From positions 256,001 through 320,000 of the forward strand of contig CAXXXF010000016.1 of the NCBI GenBank assembly GCA_963667175.2: DNA of 64,000 bases. Direction: 5' to 3'. This DNA is from Candidatus Latescibacterota bacterium (lineage in GTDB: Bacteria; Latescibacterota; UBA2968; GCA-2709665). Both the position numbers and the translations under genes were made by a program. Positions 1 through 9,750 of the stretch are shown here, piece by piece (within the stretch, counting starts at the first letter, position 1; every line of letters starts with the position of its first letter). Under the pieces are notes generated by a model. It was not told the DNA's origin. It searched no databases and was given only the letters and a program-made list of their open reading frames with translations.

Positions 1-262
1 CAAGTACCAGGTCGACCAGGCGCTCCCCCCGTTCGGAAAGCCGCAGGAATTTGTTCTCGTCTTCCTGTACGAACCCCTTCTGTCGGAGCGCTTTCAACGT
101 AAGCGAAGCGCTGCCCCTCGTAATATCCAGATATCTTGCAACGTCCGACACACGCGCGTACCCATACCGGTCTTTCAGCTCTCTGATGGCGGCAAGGTGA
201 TGAGCGACACTGTGCGTGATCTCATTCTCCTCGAACGCTTTCCATACATCGGAAGATGCCAT
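1..262 (-). CDS. DtxR/MntR-family metal-dependent transcriptional regulator (partial, runs off window start)
   Basis: Absent from the ORF track. Manual translation from ATG at 262 gives MASSDVWKAFEENEITHSVAHHLAAIRELKDRYGYARVSDVARYLDITRGSASLTLKALRQKGFV...LRLSERGERL, a DtxR-type winged HTH. Confidence 0.85.
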   Translation of the reverse strand, partial: MASSDVWKAFEENEITHSVAHHLAAIRELKDRYGYARVSDVARYLDITRGSASLTLKALRQKGFVQEDENKFLRLSERGERLVDLVL

Positions 263-302
263 CCGGCCCCCTCTCCGCCGCCAGGCGCCTGAACCAGCCA
301 GT

Positions 303-359
303 TGTTTTGCAGATAAAACACTCGTTATAAATTTATACAACAGGAAGATCGAAAGTCAA
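303..359 (-). promoter_or_regulatory. sigma70-like promoter for the regulator plus a downstream palindrome (candidate operator)
   Basis: Minus strand TTGACT (359-354)-N16-TATAAA (337-332); palindrome TGTTTT-N6-AAAACA at 303-320. Confidence 0.5.
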
Positions 360-398
360 GAGAAATTTAGCGGGATTCCAGGGTTGGTGGCGACACGC

Positions 399-427
399 TT
401 GACTTTTCCATCCCGTTTTCGTATACC
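399..427 (+). promoter_or_regulatory. sigma70-like promoter of the UxaA-family gene
   Basis: TTGACT-N17-TATACC upstream of ATG 483. Confidence 0.45.
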
Positions 428-482
428 TCACGGACCGGGCGGGCGGCCTTCGCCCCCAGAATTTTCCTCGTGGAGCCCGTAT

Positions 483-3185
483 ATGACGGAAATTATTGAT
501 TTCAAAGATGTTGCGAGACTACCACAGCCTGGCGACAACGTCGCCATCGCGACGCGGTTTCTGCACGCGGGCACCGGTATCCGCACCCGAGGTCCGATAC
601 TTCGGCTGGATTCCGATATGCTGGAGGGCCACCGCTTCGCCGTCGCCCCCATTTCCGAGGGAGAATTCCTTCTTTCCTGGAATCTTCCCTTTGGCGTCGC
701 GCTGCGGGACATTTCGCCGGGCGCCTGTGTCTGTAACGCCGGGATGCTGGAATCACTCCGGCTCCGCAACCTTGAACGTCATCTGCCGGCCGTACCCAAT
801 TTCGAAGACCGCATCGAACCCTACCTTCTTGAGGAGGATGCATTCCACGCCGGCGACCAGGTTCCGCCGGCCGGCGACCTCCGCGCCTTCGAGGGGTACG
901 CCAGAGGCGCCTCGCGCGGCGTGGGCACCCGAAACTACATCCTGATCATGGGTACGACCTCGCGCACCGGGGCTTTCGTAAAACGGCTCGAAGAACGACT
1001 TGGCGGGCTGGCCGATGCCTTTCCCAACGTCGACGGGATTGTCGCCGTTTCGCACACCGAAGGAGGCGGACGGACCACCCCGAACAATCTGGAGCTTCTG
1101 TTGAGAACGCTTGCGGGTTTTTTGGTTCACCCGAACATCGGCGCCGCCCTGGCCGTGGACTACGGAACGGAGCCGCTCACCAATGCCATGCTCCGCGCCT
1201 ACATGGACAGGAACCATGTTCCTCTGTCCGACGTCCCCCACGGCTTTCTTACCCTGCGCGGCGGCTTTGAAGAGAATCTGGATCGGGCCCGGGACGTCGT
1301 CACGGGATGGCTGGAAGGAGTGAACCGGACGATCCGGAGGCCGACGCGCCTGGCGGGCCTGAAAATCGCGCTTCAATGCGGCGGCTCCGACGCCTTCTCC
1401 GGAGTTTCGGGAAATCCGCTGGCATCGTGGGTGGCCCGTGAGATCATCCGGCACGGCGGCGCCGCAAACCTGGCGGAAACGGATGAACTGATCGGCGCTG
1501 AGCACTATATGCTGCAGAACGTCAGGGACCTGGACACCGCCCGCCGGTTCCTCGGCCGGGTCGAAGCCTATAAGGAGTTCGCGGCCTGTCACGGCACGAG
1601 CGCCGAAGGCAACCCCTCCGGCGGCAACAAGCTCCGCGGTATCCACAACATCGTGCTGAAGTCTATCGGCGCCGCCATGAAGCGCCACCCGGAGGTTCGC
1701 CTCGACGGCGTTCTGGACTACGGCGCGCCCATGCGCGAGCCCGGGTTTTACTTCATGGACAGCCCGGGAAACGACCTCGAAAGCATCGCCGGGCAGGTCG
1801 CATCGGGATGCAACCTCATCTTTTTCATTACCGGAAACGGCTCGATCACCAATTTTCCGTTCGTCCCCACCCTGAAAATCATTACAACCACAGGCCGCTA
1901 CGAGCTCCTCGCAAATGAAATGGACGTCAACGCGGGCGCCTATCTGGACGGGACCCCCATGAACGCACTGGGGGCGCAGATGACGGAACTTACGCTTGAC
2001 GTCGCCTCGGGCGAGCGGAGCAAAGGGGAACGGGCCGGCCACGCCCAGGTATCCATCTGGCGTAACTGGCGACAGACCGACGCCGCAGGCCTCGAGCTTC
2101 TGCGGTCGGCCCCGCGGCCGTCCGGGAAACCCGTTACGATCGACGGAGAACACGCCGCGCTGTCCGGCTCATTTTGCGGCATCGCCACGGCCGCGGGGAC
2201 CGCCACGGATCAGATCGGACTGATCCTGCCGACCAGCCTTTGCGCGGGACAGGTCGCCAGGATGGCCGCAGCGCGGCTCGACCGGAAGCGGACGGGGAAA
2301 GACCGCGGCATCAGCAGGCACGTCGCGCTCGTTCACACGGAAGGCTGCGGCGTCGCGGGCGACGCGACCGAGAGGATGGTTTCGCGCACAATGCTCGGCT
2401 ACCTCACCCACCCGCTGGTAAGACACGCGCTCCTGCTGGAGCACGGCTGCGAGAAAACCCATAACGACTATCTTCGACGCGAGCTTGAACGCGCCGGCAT
2501 CGATCCCAACCGTTTTGGCTGGTCCAGCATCCAGCTCGACGGCGGACTCGAGCGTGCGTTGCGCAACGTGGAATCCTGGTTCGCGCAACAGGCGGCCGGC
2601 GGCTGCCCGCCGGTCTATGAACGATCCGGCCCGGAGGCACTGTCGGTCGGCGTCCTGAGCGACGGCGAGGTCAACGAAGAAGCCGCGGCGTCGATGGCAA
2701 TCCTGGTGTGTCGTCTGGCGCGGGCCGGCGCAACCGTCGTGACGCCGGACAACTCGGCGCTGCTCGACGCCGCCCCCTTTGCCGATATGATTCCGGGCAA
2801 CGCAACACGGCGCCCGTCGCTCGGATACGGACAAACCGCCGTCGGACCGGGTTTTTTCATCATGGAGACCCAAACGGACCACTGGGTCGAGACGCTTACG
2901 GGGATGGGCGGAACGGGCGTGGAAATCCTGATCGCGCACGTCTCCGAACACCCGGTGCAGGGGCACCCGATGATGCCGTTGCTTCAAACGAGCGCGGCGC
3001 CGACGATGCAGGCGCTTTACGCTGGTGATCTGGACCTGCTGCTGTCCGCCGCCCCCGCGCAGAACGTCGAACGGATCGCCGGTCTGTTGATGGAAACCGC
3101 TTCTCGGAGCTACACTCCGGTGGCGATGCGACAGAGGAATACGGACTTTCAGTTTACAAGAGGGCTGCTCGGCGTTTCGATGTGA
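483..3185 (+). CDS. UxaA/GarD-family sugar-acid dehydratase with N-terminal SAF domain and a duplicated dehydratase module (~900 aa)
   Basis: SAF-like DNVAIA...GHRFA; motifs [32 protein letters not shown] and TGNG; a second PTSLC/HTEGC/HP/GCE module follows. Start moved to ATG 483 (GGAG upstream). Confidence 0.85.
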   Translation: MTEIIDFKDVARLPQPGDNVAIATRFLHAGTGIRTRGPILRLDSDMLEGHRFAVAPISEGEFLLSWNLPFGVALRDISPGACVCNAGMLESLRLRNLERHLPAVPNFEDRIEPYLLEEDAFHAGDQVPPAGDLRAFEGYARGASRGVGTRNYILIMGTTSRTGAFVKRLEERLGGLADAFPNVDGIVAVSHTEGGGRTTPNNLELLLRTLAGFLVHPNIGAALAVDYGTEPLTNAMLRAYMDRNHVPLSDVPHGFLTLRGGFEENLDRARDVVTGWLEGVNRTIRRPTRLAGLKIALQCGGSDAFSGVSGNPLASWVAREIIRHGGAANLAETDELIGAEHYMLQNVRDLDTARRFLGRVEAYKEFAACHGTSAEGNPSGGNKLRGIHNIVLKSIGAAMKRHPEVRLDGVLDYGAPMREPGFYFMDSPGNDLESIAGQVASGCNLIFFITGNGSITNFPFVPTLKIITTTGRYELLANEMDVNAGAYLDGTPMNALGAQMTELTLDVASGERSKGERAGHAQVSIWRNWRQTDAAGLELLRSAPRPSGKPVTIDGEHAALSGSFCGIATAAGTATDQIGLILPTSLCAGQVARMAAARLDRKRTGKDRGISRHVALVHTEGCGVAGDATERMVSRTMLGYLTHPLVRHALLLEHGCEKTHNDYLRRELERAGIDPNRFGWSSIQLDGGLERALRNVESWFAQQAAGGCPPVYERSGPEALSVGVLSDGEVNEEAAASMAILVCRLARAGATVVTPDNSALLDAAPFADMIPGNATRRPSLGYGQTAVGPGFFIMETQTDHWVETLTGMGGTGVEILIAHVSEHPVQGHPMMPLLQTSAAPTMQALYAGDLDLLLSAAPAQNVERIAGLLMETASRSYTPVAMRQRNTDFQFTRGLLGVSM

Positions 3186-3259
3186 CAAAAGAAAAAACGG
3201 GCGTCGTGATGTACAGCGGAACGCCCGTTTCGCCGGTGATCGTGCTGCAATGCGGTGCT

Positions 3260-3550
3260 CTATTCGCCCGATGCAATCCAGTCCTGAATCGCCGACGCGA
3301 TCTTTTTGCCCTGCCTCAGGCTCGAAATATTGAACTTGCTGCGAGGCAGATACACCCCGTCTCTCTTCTGGTACCGTCGAATCGTCACTTTCGCGGGCCC
3401 GTATTCACCGGATTGCCGGTTCAGATTCCGGTAAAGGAACATCACCGTCGCCCAGGCGCCCCGCGAAAGCACGTGTTTGTCCAATTCCTTACAGAGCAGC
3501 ACACCGCCTTCTTCGTAGTTGACGCTCAATTCGTCCACCGATTCCGCCAT
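3260..3550 (-). CDS. small hypothetical protein (96 aa)
   Basis: GGAGG RBS before ATG 3550; globular-looking, basic/aromatic sequence (IRRYQKRDGVY..RSKFNIS). Confidence 0.7.
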   Translation of the reverse strand: MAESVDELSVNYEEGGVLLCKELDKHVLSRGAWATVMFLYRNLNRQSGEYGPAKVTIRRYQKRDGVYLPRSKFNISSLRQGKKIASAIQDWIASGE

Positions 3551-3675
3551 CGACTCGCCTCCTTTCGGACCGACCCGAATCAGCGATCGGCCTGTTGCCC
3601 TTTCCACCGTCATTTCACGCCGATGCAGGGGTTGTGCGGGCTGTTAGCGTCTGTTTCATTCGGAGGACCGCACCG

Positions 3676-4539
3676 ATGAGACTCGGCATCGTAGGCATGT
3701 TGCCGGGCGACCCCCGGTGTTTTACTGAGAAACACTTCGAGAAGATCAGGGAACTGGGTTTTACGGGCGCCGGATTTCACCTGCCGGGTGAGCTGGTGGA
3801 CGCAATCTCCGCCAAAGACTGCGCCAGCTGCAGGCAACTGTTCGCTGACCAGGATATCGATCTCGCGCAATTCGCCGTCACCTATCGCGACTGTCTGTTC
3901 GACCCGGATCCGGTCGTCCGGGGGGAAGCCGTCTTGAAGGTGGTCCGCGGGGCCGCGCTCGCCGGGCGACTCGGCGCTTTGTGCTACCTGATCAGGCCGG
4001 GCAGCCGCAACCCCGCCGGCCCGTGGACGCCTCATCGCGAAAACCACACGCCTGAAGCGTACGGGTTGCTTGTCGGCGCCCTGAGGGAGATTGCCCGGCG
4101 CACGGCAACGCTGAACGTCGTGACGGTTGTGGAAACCCACGTCATATCGATACTCAACACCCCGGCCGTCTGCCGCCGGCTAGTGGAATCGGTGGGCAGC
4201 GCGAACGTCAGGCTGGTCATGGACTATGTCAATCACTTCGAATCCATCCACCAGGTCCATAACGATACGGAACGCCTGAACCACATTTTCGAGGCCATCG
4301 GCCCGCTGGCGCCGGTCTTCCATGTCAAGGATATTTCCGTGGCCAACCGTCTCGTTGTACACCTGGACGAAGCCGTACCAGGCCTTGGCGAACTGAACCT
4401 TGCGCTCGCGCTGGGGCTGTTTCATGCCCACCATCCGGACGGTTACGCGCTCATCGAACACCTCGGTCCCGACCAGATACCACTCGCCGCCGCGAACGTC
4501 CGGAATATCGCGAAGCGCGCGGGCATTCCCATTTTCTGA
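3676..4539 (+). CDS. sugar phosphate isomerase/epimerase (AP-endonuclease-2 TIM barrel)
   Basis: Metal ligands ETH, MDYVN, HVKD, IEH; GGAGG RBS upstream. Confidence 0.85.
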   Translation: MRLGIVGMLPGDPRCFTEKHFEKIRELGFTGAGFHLPGELVDAISAKDCASCRQLFADQDIDLAQFAVTYRDCLFDPDPVVRGEAVLKVVRGAALAGRLGALCYLIRPGSRNPAGPWTPHRENHTPEAYGLLVGALREIARRTATLNVVTVVETHVISILNTPAVCRRLVESVGSANVRLVMDYVNHFESIHQVHNDTERLNHIFEAIGPLAPVFHVKDISVANRLVVHLDEAVPGLGELNLALALGLFHAHHPDGYALIEHLGPDQIPLAAANVRNIAKRAGIPIF

Positions 4540-4578
4540 TACAGGGCAACGGCACAATTCGATGCCGCCGAACCGGCA

Positions 4579-4791
4579 TTAATCCTTCCCCCGGAACTTC
4601 AGCCGCCGTATGCAGGCGCCGACGGCGAGTCCGAGACTCGCGCCGATCGATACGCCGGCGCTCAGCCACAGACCGAAGTCTCCGCTGCCCACGCCGAACA
4701 TGGAACCGGCGCCAGCGCCGACGCCGGACCCGATCGCCATCCATTTTCCAATCTCGCGTTGTCCGTTTCCGCCTTCCTGCCGTCCGGACAT
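4579..4791 (-). CDS. small glycine-zipper membrane protein
   Basis: Two GxxxG-rich hydrophobic segments and a basic tail; GGAAGGA RBS. Confidence 0.55.
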   Translation of the reverse strand: MSGRQEGGNGQREIGKWMAIGSGVGAGAGSMFGVGSGDFGLWLSAGVSIGASLGLAVGACIRRLKFRGKD

Positions 4792-5048
4792 GGCGAATCC
4801 TTCCGTGTAAATGGGTCACGCTTCGACCCGCCCAATATACCGGCCCATGCCGATATGGACAAGCTGAAACCTCGACCTGGAACGGATCGACAATAGCCTT
4901 GACAATGCGACAGTTCAGGCAGTAGATATGGAAGCGGAGACTGGATTCCGCGGCCGGCGGAACGTCGTTTTCCGGCCGTCCACCGGCGGAAGCACACGCC
5001 GCGCGTCAGTATTCTCTCACGGAAAAAGCCGGATGAAAGGAGATCCGA

Positions 5049-5906
5049 ATGCAACCGGAGTTGATCGCGGACTACCGTTGCGAGACGGGAGAAGGACCGC
5101 TGTGGCATCCCGCGGAAAAAAGGGTCTATTGGACCGACATTCCCGCGGGTCGCGTCTTTCGTTACGACCCGGCCACCGGAACGCACGAAATCTGTTACAC
5201 GGGCGACGTCGTGGGTGGCTTTACGGTCCAGGCCGACGGGTCCCTGCTCTTCTTCATGGAAAAAGGCGCGGTGAGTGTCTGGCGTGACGGCGAACTCTCC
5301 ACGGTCATCGACGAAATTCCCGAGGAGCGTGAGACCCGGTTCAATGACGTGATCGCGGATCCCGAGGGCCGGGTTTTCTGCGGGACGATGCCCACGCCGG
5401 AGCGGCCGGGAAGGCTTTACCGGCTGGACGTGGACGGTACGCTTCACCGGGTGCTCAATGAGGTCGGAATTTCCAACGGAATGGGCTTCACGGCGGACCG
5501 CAGGACCATGTATTTCACGGACACGCCCACACTGAACATCTACCGGTTCGACTACGATCGACTCACCGGCGAGATTTCGAACCGGGAGGTGTTTGCAACG
5601 GCGACGGCAGACGACGGGATGCCGGACGGCATGACCGTGGACGCTCAGGGCTGCGTCTGGTCCGCCCGGTGGGACGGCGGCTGCCTGGTTCGCTACACGC
5701 CTGATGGCGTGGAAGACCGGCGCATCGCGTTCCCCGTCAGGAAAGTGTCGAGCCTCACCTTTGGCGGAGAGGACTGCACCGACGTCTACGTGACCACGGC
5801 GGGCGGAAACGTCAGACACGTAGACGGCGAACACGCCGGCGCCCTCTTCCGCCTGAACCTGGGCATCCGCGGCGTCCCGGAGTTCTATTCCAGGATTGGA
5901 CTGTAG
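5049..5906 (+). CDS. SMP-30/gluconolactonase/LRE family lactonase
   Basis: GEGPLW, RFND, SNGMGF and PDGMTVD motifs; AAGGAG RBS. Confidence 0.93.
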   Translation: MQPELIADYRCETGEGPLWHPAEKRVYWTDIPAGRVFRYDPATGTHEICYTGDVVGGFTVQADGSLLFFMEKGAVSVWRDGELSTVIDEIPEERETRFNDVIADPEGRVFCGTMPTPERPGRLYRLDVDGTLHRVLNEVGISNGMGFTADRRTMYFTDTPTLNIYRFDYDRLTGEISNREVFATATADDGMPDGMTVDAQGCVWSARWDGGCLVRYTPDGVEDRRIAFPVRKVSSLTFGGEDCTDVYVTTAGGNVRHVDGEHAGALFRLNLGIRGVPEFYSRIGL

Positions 5907-5957
5907 CATTTATCGATACTGCAAACAACAAACCGGCGACGCAGGAAGAATAACACA

Positions 5958-6662
5958 ATGGATAGACATACACGAACGCTTAGCCGCCCGAGGATGGAGA
6001 CGACTTTGCCTCGATTCCTCGAATCGGCCGAGAGATGGCCAAGCGTTGCGGCGAGAGAATGGGTCGAGCAGTTTGTCCGAATGGCTAATGATCGAGCCGA
6101 TATCCTGGCAATCGTCGCCTTCGGGTCAATTGTGCGCGATGTCATCCAGAGCGCCGACGTCGACTTATTGTTCATGTACGAATCGGAGAAACCCCTATTC
6201 GCAGCGCCGCCTCTCGATGTCGATATAAGGGCATACCGCAGAGCCGACGTGGAATCCCTCGTCGCTGATGGTCACGACCTTCTATGTTGGTCTATCCGAT
6301 TCGGTATGGTACTTCACGAGAAAGATCGATTCTGGTCAAACCTGGAGCTGGCATGGTCGAGACGATTACGCTTGCCGTCCGCCGTCATCGCTGAAAAACG
6401 CGCAGCGCGAGCGAGACGGCTTCTCGATGATCTCAGGGTAATCGGCGATGATGATGCTGTTCAAGAACAGTCAATTGCCATGTTGACACACCGTGCGCGC
6501 GCACTCCTGATCAGAGCCGACCTTTATCCCGCGTCCCGTCCGGAACTTCCGAAACAACTGAGGTCAATCGGAGAATTCACATTGGCAGCCGGGTTGTCGG
6601 ATGCTCTCCAGAAACGCCGAGATTTAATAGAAACTCAGGAGTCATTCTCTCCGCAACCGTGA
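5958..6662 (+). CDS. Pol-beta-type (MNT) nucleotidyltransferase with helical C-terminal domain
   Basis: FGSIVR...SADVDLL motif and a third Asp in VDI; start may be further downstream. Confidence 0.7.
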   Translation: MDRHTRTLSRPRMETTLPRFLESAERWPSVAAREWVEQFVRMANDRADILAIVAFGSIVRDVIQSADVDLLFMYESEKPLFAAPPLDVDIRAYRRADVESLVADGHDLLCWSIRFGMVLHEKDRFWSNLELAWSRRLRLPSAVIAEKRAARARRLLDDLRVIGDDDAVQEQSIAMLTHRARALLIRADLYPASRPELPKQLRSIGEFTLAAGLSDALQKRRDLIETQESFSPQP

Positions 6663-6691
6663 TGCAGCGCAGGCATACATTCGGAGATCAC

Positions 6692-6719
6692 GTAGGGGCG
6701 ACGCATGCGTCGCCCCTAC
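6692..6719. repeat. GTAG-type REP, perfect 28-bp palindrome
   Basis: GTAGGGGCGACGCATGCGTCGCCCCTAC. Confidence 0.85.
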
Positions 6720-6765
6720 TCGTTTTCTATTCCTGTCCGCTGTGAAAGAATCTCCAGGCGATCTC

Positions 6766-6794
6766 TAAACGAACCCGACGCTTCGTGCGTTTAA
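6766..6794 (+). promoter_or_regulatory. candidate ECF-type promoter
   Basis: TAAAC-N17-CGTTTAA upstream of the ECF sigma gene, resembling the AAC/CGT ECF consensus. Confidence 0.3.
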
Positions 6795-6960
6795 CAATAA
6801 AGACTCGGTATAAGCCGATTTTTTCGCTGTGCTGGCGTTTGTAGAGTTACTTCTGAGGATCTGACATCGTACAATATGCACGGAGACCCGAGTGGATTCT
6901 GTATTGGACATAGAATTCTCAACCTCACGGGAATTTGTCCCAAGGATACGACCATTGTAT

Positions 6961-7476
6961 ATGGACGAATCAGATCTGGTGGTCAGGGCACAGAACGGCG
7001 ACATCGAAGCATTTGAAAAGCTTGTAGACATATACAAAGGCATGGTCTTGTCGATTGGCTACCAGATTGCGGGAAACGGTGATGACGCTCAGGATATCTG
7101 TCAGGAAAGCTTTATTAAGCTAAACAAAAACATCCGCAAGTACACGCAAACACACAGATTCTCGACGTGGCTATATAGATTGGTTGCAAATACAGCAATC
7201 GACTACCTTCGAAAAGAGCGAAAGCGCCGAGGCGTGCGCCTGGAGCCCGACATGCCGGAGCCGAATCGGACGTTCGACCACGATCTTAGACTCTCGCTTG
7301 AACAGATTCTCGTCAAGCTCTCACCTAAGCAGCGAATCGCCTTTGTGCTGCGGGACCTTCAAGGGTTTCCGCTGGACGAAGTTGCGACAATACTCCGGTG
7401 CACCGGCGTGACTGTCCGGGTTCACCTTCACAATGCCCGGACACGAATCAGAAAAAACTTGGAGAACGAGATATGA
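6961..7476 (+). CDS. ECF RNA polymerase sigma factor
   Basis: Region 2 (DAQDICQESF, FSTWLYRLVAN.AIDYLR) and region 4 (LSPKQR..FVLRD..G....EVA..L). Confidence 0.93.
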   Translation: MDESDLVVRAQNGDIEAFEKLVDIYKGMVLSIGYQIAGNGDDAQDICQESFIKLNKNIRKYTQTHRFSTWLYRLVANTAIDYLRKERKRRGVRLEPDMPEPNRTFDHDLRLSLEQILVKLSPKQRIAFVLRDLQGFPLDEVATILRCTGVTVRVHLHNARTRIRKNLENEI

Positions 7477-8114
7477 TCTGCCGTATCGTACGGTTCTTTT
7501 TGCCGCTTTACATTGAAAACGACCTCCCTGACTGGATCGCGTCCAGGCTCTCCCGTCATCTCGGACATTGCGATTCATGTGTTGCTGACCACCAGTCATT
7601 CATGGGTTCTCAAAGCGCCGTGAGAGAGATTGCGACGCGCGAGATTCCACCGATGCAACCAGAGTTGTTTTCGACGCAAACCGGATCTGGCCTTCAAGTC
7701 GCCAGGACCGATCACGAGCCGATACATACAAGAACGAACCGTCAATTTGAATGGAGACCATTATTATCGTTTTCGGTTGCTGCCGTTGTGCTGATTGCAG
7801 CCATCGGATATCTGATGGAGCATTCAGGCGAGAACACCAAAGGGCAGACTGCCTATTCGGATGATACTGAAGCGCGGACCGTTTTGACCGAAAGAAAGCC
7901 TCCCGAATTCCGGCAGCAGACCCGTGCCGAAATCTCCGCCTTGATGAAACGCTTAAATCCCAGGGCACACCTGACAGATGAAGAACTGGACGCCGAATAT
8001 CCGGTACTCGTTTCGGTCAACCAACCGGATGGCGTGCCCGTTATCTATCGTACTAACGACCTTACCACAACAATTGTGTGGGTTCTGCCGCAGAAAGGGG
8101 TGAATCATCAATGA
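7473..8114 (+). CDS. zinc-binding (zf-HC2/ZAS) transmembrane anti-sigma factor
   Basis: HLGHCDSC motif, one TM helix and a C-terminal extracytoplasmic part; ATGA overlap with the sigma gene. Confidence 0.85.
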   Translation: MICRIVRFFLPLYIENDLPDWIASRLSRHLGHCDSCVADHQSFMGSQSAVREIATREIPPMQPELFSTQTGSGLQVARTDHEPIHTRTNRQFEWRPLLSFSVAAVVLIAAIGYLMEHSGENTKGQTAYSDDTEARTVLTERKPPEFRQQTRAEISALMKRLNPRAHLTDEELDAEYPVLVSVNQPDGVPVIYRTNDLTTTIVWVLPQKGVNHQ

Positions 8115-8926
8115 TTAAGCATATATGTCGAGCTATCGCAATCGCCAGGTTTTTGACAATTTTGGCCGTCGTTCTTTCTATAGCTCCATTCTCGTCGTCC
8201 TGTAACGCTAAAGGGACAGCGGATTCGACAAGAGCCGCTGACCTGGAGGAGCTCCTGCCTCCAGGTGTCAAGATGTTCCATATAAAATACCTTTCAGTCC
8301 CCAAGGTCGTGGAACTCTTACGCGCCTTTGAAATCGAATACGAGAGCATCAAGAACTACGGACGGACAAAGCTCTTCATCAAGTTCAAGAATCCGTTGTC
8401 CGCGGTGCGCGCGAGAAAACTGCTTGCCAAATTCGATACACCTCCCCGTCGGATCGAAATCCATTTGCGACAGATATTGGCTTCAAACCTGGCACTTTAC
8501 GAACTTGTGGATGGTGTGAATCGCATGCTTGATCGCCCAATACCCGATGAGACCCTGCGGAATCAATTGAAACAGGCATTCAAATTCCGGCACTACAATC
8601 TCCTGGGAAGCGGCAGAACGACTTCGAACGCGGGCAGCAGGACCATGCCCGCCCTGAAGGGTACCTCTACGCCGAAGCTCGTGGATGCGTCGGGAGACAA
8701 ACGTCTGGACGTCGCACGGATCAGGGCGAACTTTTGGCTTGAGTACATAGATGAAGGCAAGGGTGTGATTCAGCTACGGGATTTTATCGTTAATTCGGCC
8801 GGAGGCCATGTACTTAACACTTCACTGAATATCAAGAATGGCGAGACGGTCATTGTCGGCAGTTCAGTTCACGACGGAGACGACATTGCGATTATAACCG
8901 TTGTCAGCGCAAGGACGGTGGATTGA
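8111..8926 (+). CDS. exported protein resembling a minimal secretin (one Secretin_N-like domain plus a short beta domain)
   Basis: Signal-like N-terminus; FHIKYL..LLAKFDTPPRRIEI and NTSLNIKNGETVIVG motifs; ATGA overlap with the anti-sigma gene. Confidence 0.55.
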   Translation: MIKHICRAIAIARFLTILAVVLSIAPFSSSCNAKGTADSTRAADLEELLPPGVKMFHIKYLSVPKVVELLRAFEIEYESIKNYGRTKLFIKFKNPLSAVRARKLLAKFDTPPRRIEIHLRQILASNLALYELVDGVNRMLDRPIPDETLRNQLKQAFKFRHYNLLGSGRTTSNAGSRTMPALKGTSTPKLVDASGDKRLDVARIRANFWLEYIDEGKGVIQLRDFIVNSAGGHVLNTSLNIKNGETVIVGSSVHDGDDIAIITVVSARTVD

Positions 8927-8957
8927 GCAGAACGTCCGTTGATGGTGCAATAACGAA

Positions 8958-8989
8958 AAAGCCTGATATGCAATGACATATCAGGCTTT
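8958..8989. terminator. intrinsic terminator after the ECF operon
   Basis: AAAGCCTGATATG-caatga-CATATCAGGCTTT, a perfect 13-bp stem. Confidence 0.75.
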
Positions 8990-9042
8990 GTTTACGTGAT
9001 TATTAAAGATGGCCGGGGCCAGCCACATGGCGCAGAAGACAG

Positions 9043-9327
9043 GTCGAGTCGTGATCGGCAAGCTGCTGAGATCCCCCGTCCTCAACCGAAGGCGGGTACC
9101 CACAAGGGACACCCCTACACGAAAGGTAGCCGTAATTATAGAAGTGCGTCCGTGACTCGAATCCCCTCCGGATAACAAAGCGGACGGTTCACGAACCGCC
9201 CCAACACATATAGGGCCGGAGCGAACGAATCGCGAAGGCGCAATGCGAGCGGCCGAAGGACGTAAGGGAGGATAATCGAGTCTCACGAACGGCGTGTAGG
9301 AGCGACCGGCCGGGGCGCCCCTACAAT
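9043..9327 (+). repeat. direct repeat copy 1 (~285 bp) containing three GTAG-type REP hairpins
   Basis: Aligns with 10757-11043; REPs at 9094-9118, 9182-9205 and 9296-9324. Confidence 0.85.
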
Positions 9328-9447
9328 AGATTTCGCATTGGTGGATATTTCACGGGTTCGTTTTCCGGCAGACCCCTGATAGCCTATAGCTCCCGCTCAG
9401 GCAGGCGTTCCTCGGAACGGCGATGACGGATTTCTGGCGGCTTAAGT

Positions 9448-9750
9448 TCAGTCCTGTTCCTGATCCAACACGTGGCCGAACGCTTCGACGCTGGATACCT
9501 GGACCGCAGAACGAAGCAACTCTTTAAGGCGATGGACGTTGTCAATCGTTTCAATACGAGCGGCCAGGGGATGCGACGCAGGGAGATTGAATCGAACCTC
9601 CAGGACCGCGAGGATGCTGTCCCGAAGACCCTGCTCGATCCCTTGTTCTATCCCTTGCTCAATGCCTCGCTCGATCCCCTGCTCGATGCCTTGCTCTTTG
9701 GCTTCACGCGTGAGGTATTGGGCAAAGGATGATTCGCGGATGAGATCCAT
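9448..9750 (-). CDS. putative intragenic small Rpn protein (RpnS-like, 100 aa)
   Basis: In-frame ATG at 9750 preceded by AAGGAGG (GAAGGAGGGCATC-ATG) just before the GIEQ repeats. Confidence 0.6.
   Translation of the reverse strand: MDLIRESSFAQYLTREAKEQGIEQGIERGIEQGIEQGIEQGLRDSILAVLEVRFNLPASHPLAARIETIDNVHRLKELLRSAVQVSSVEAFGHVLDQEQD

Noticed and set aside
216-482. Long N-terminal extensions in the ORF track (UxaA, TamA/TamB, AnmK, class V PLP enzyme, OYE, Asd)
   Set aside because: They overlap neighbouring genes, promoters or leaders; downstream starts with an RBS or family-typical N-termini were chosen instead.
8981-9286. ORFs 8981-9286 and 10559-10891 (minus) share the peptide SGGDSSHGRTS
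   Set aside because: The similarity simply reflects the non-coding REP-containing direct repeat; there is no RBS or protein-like character.
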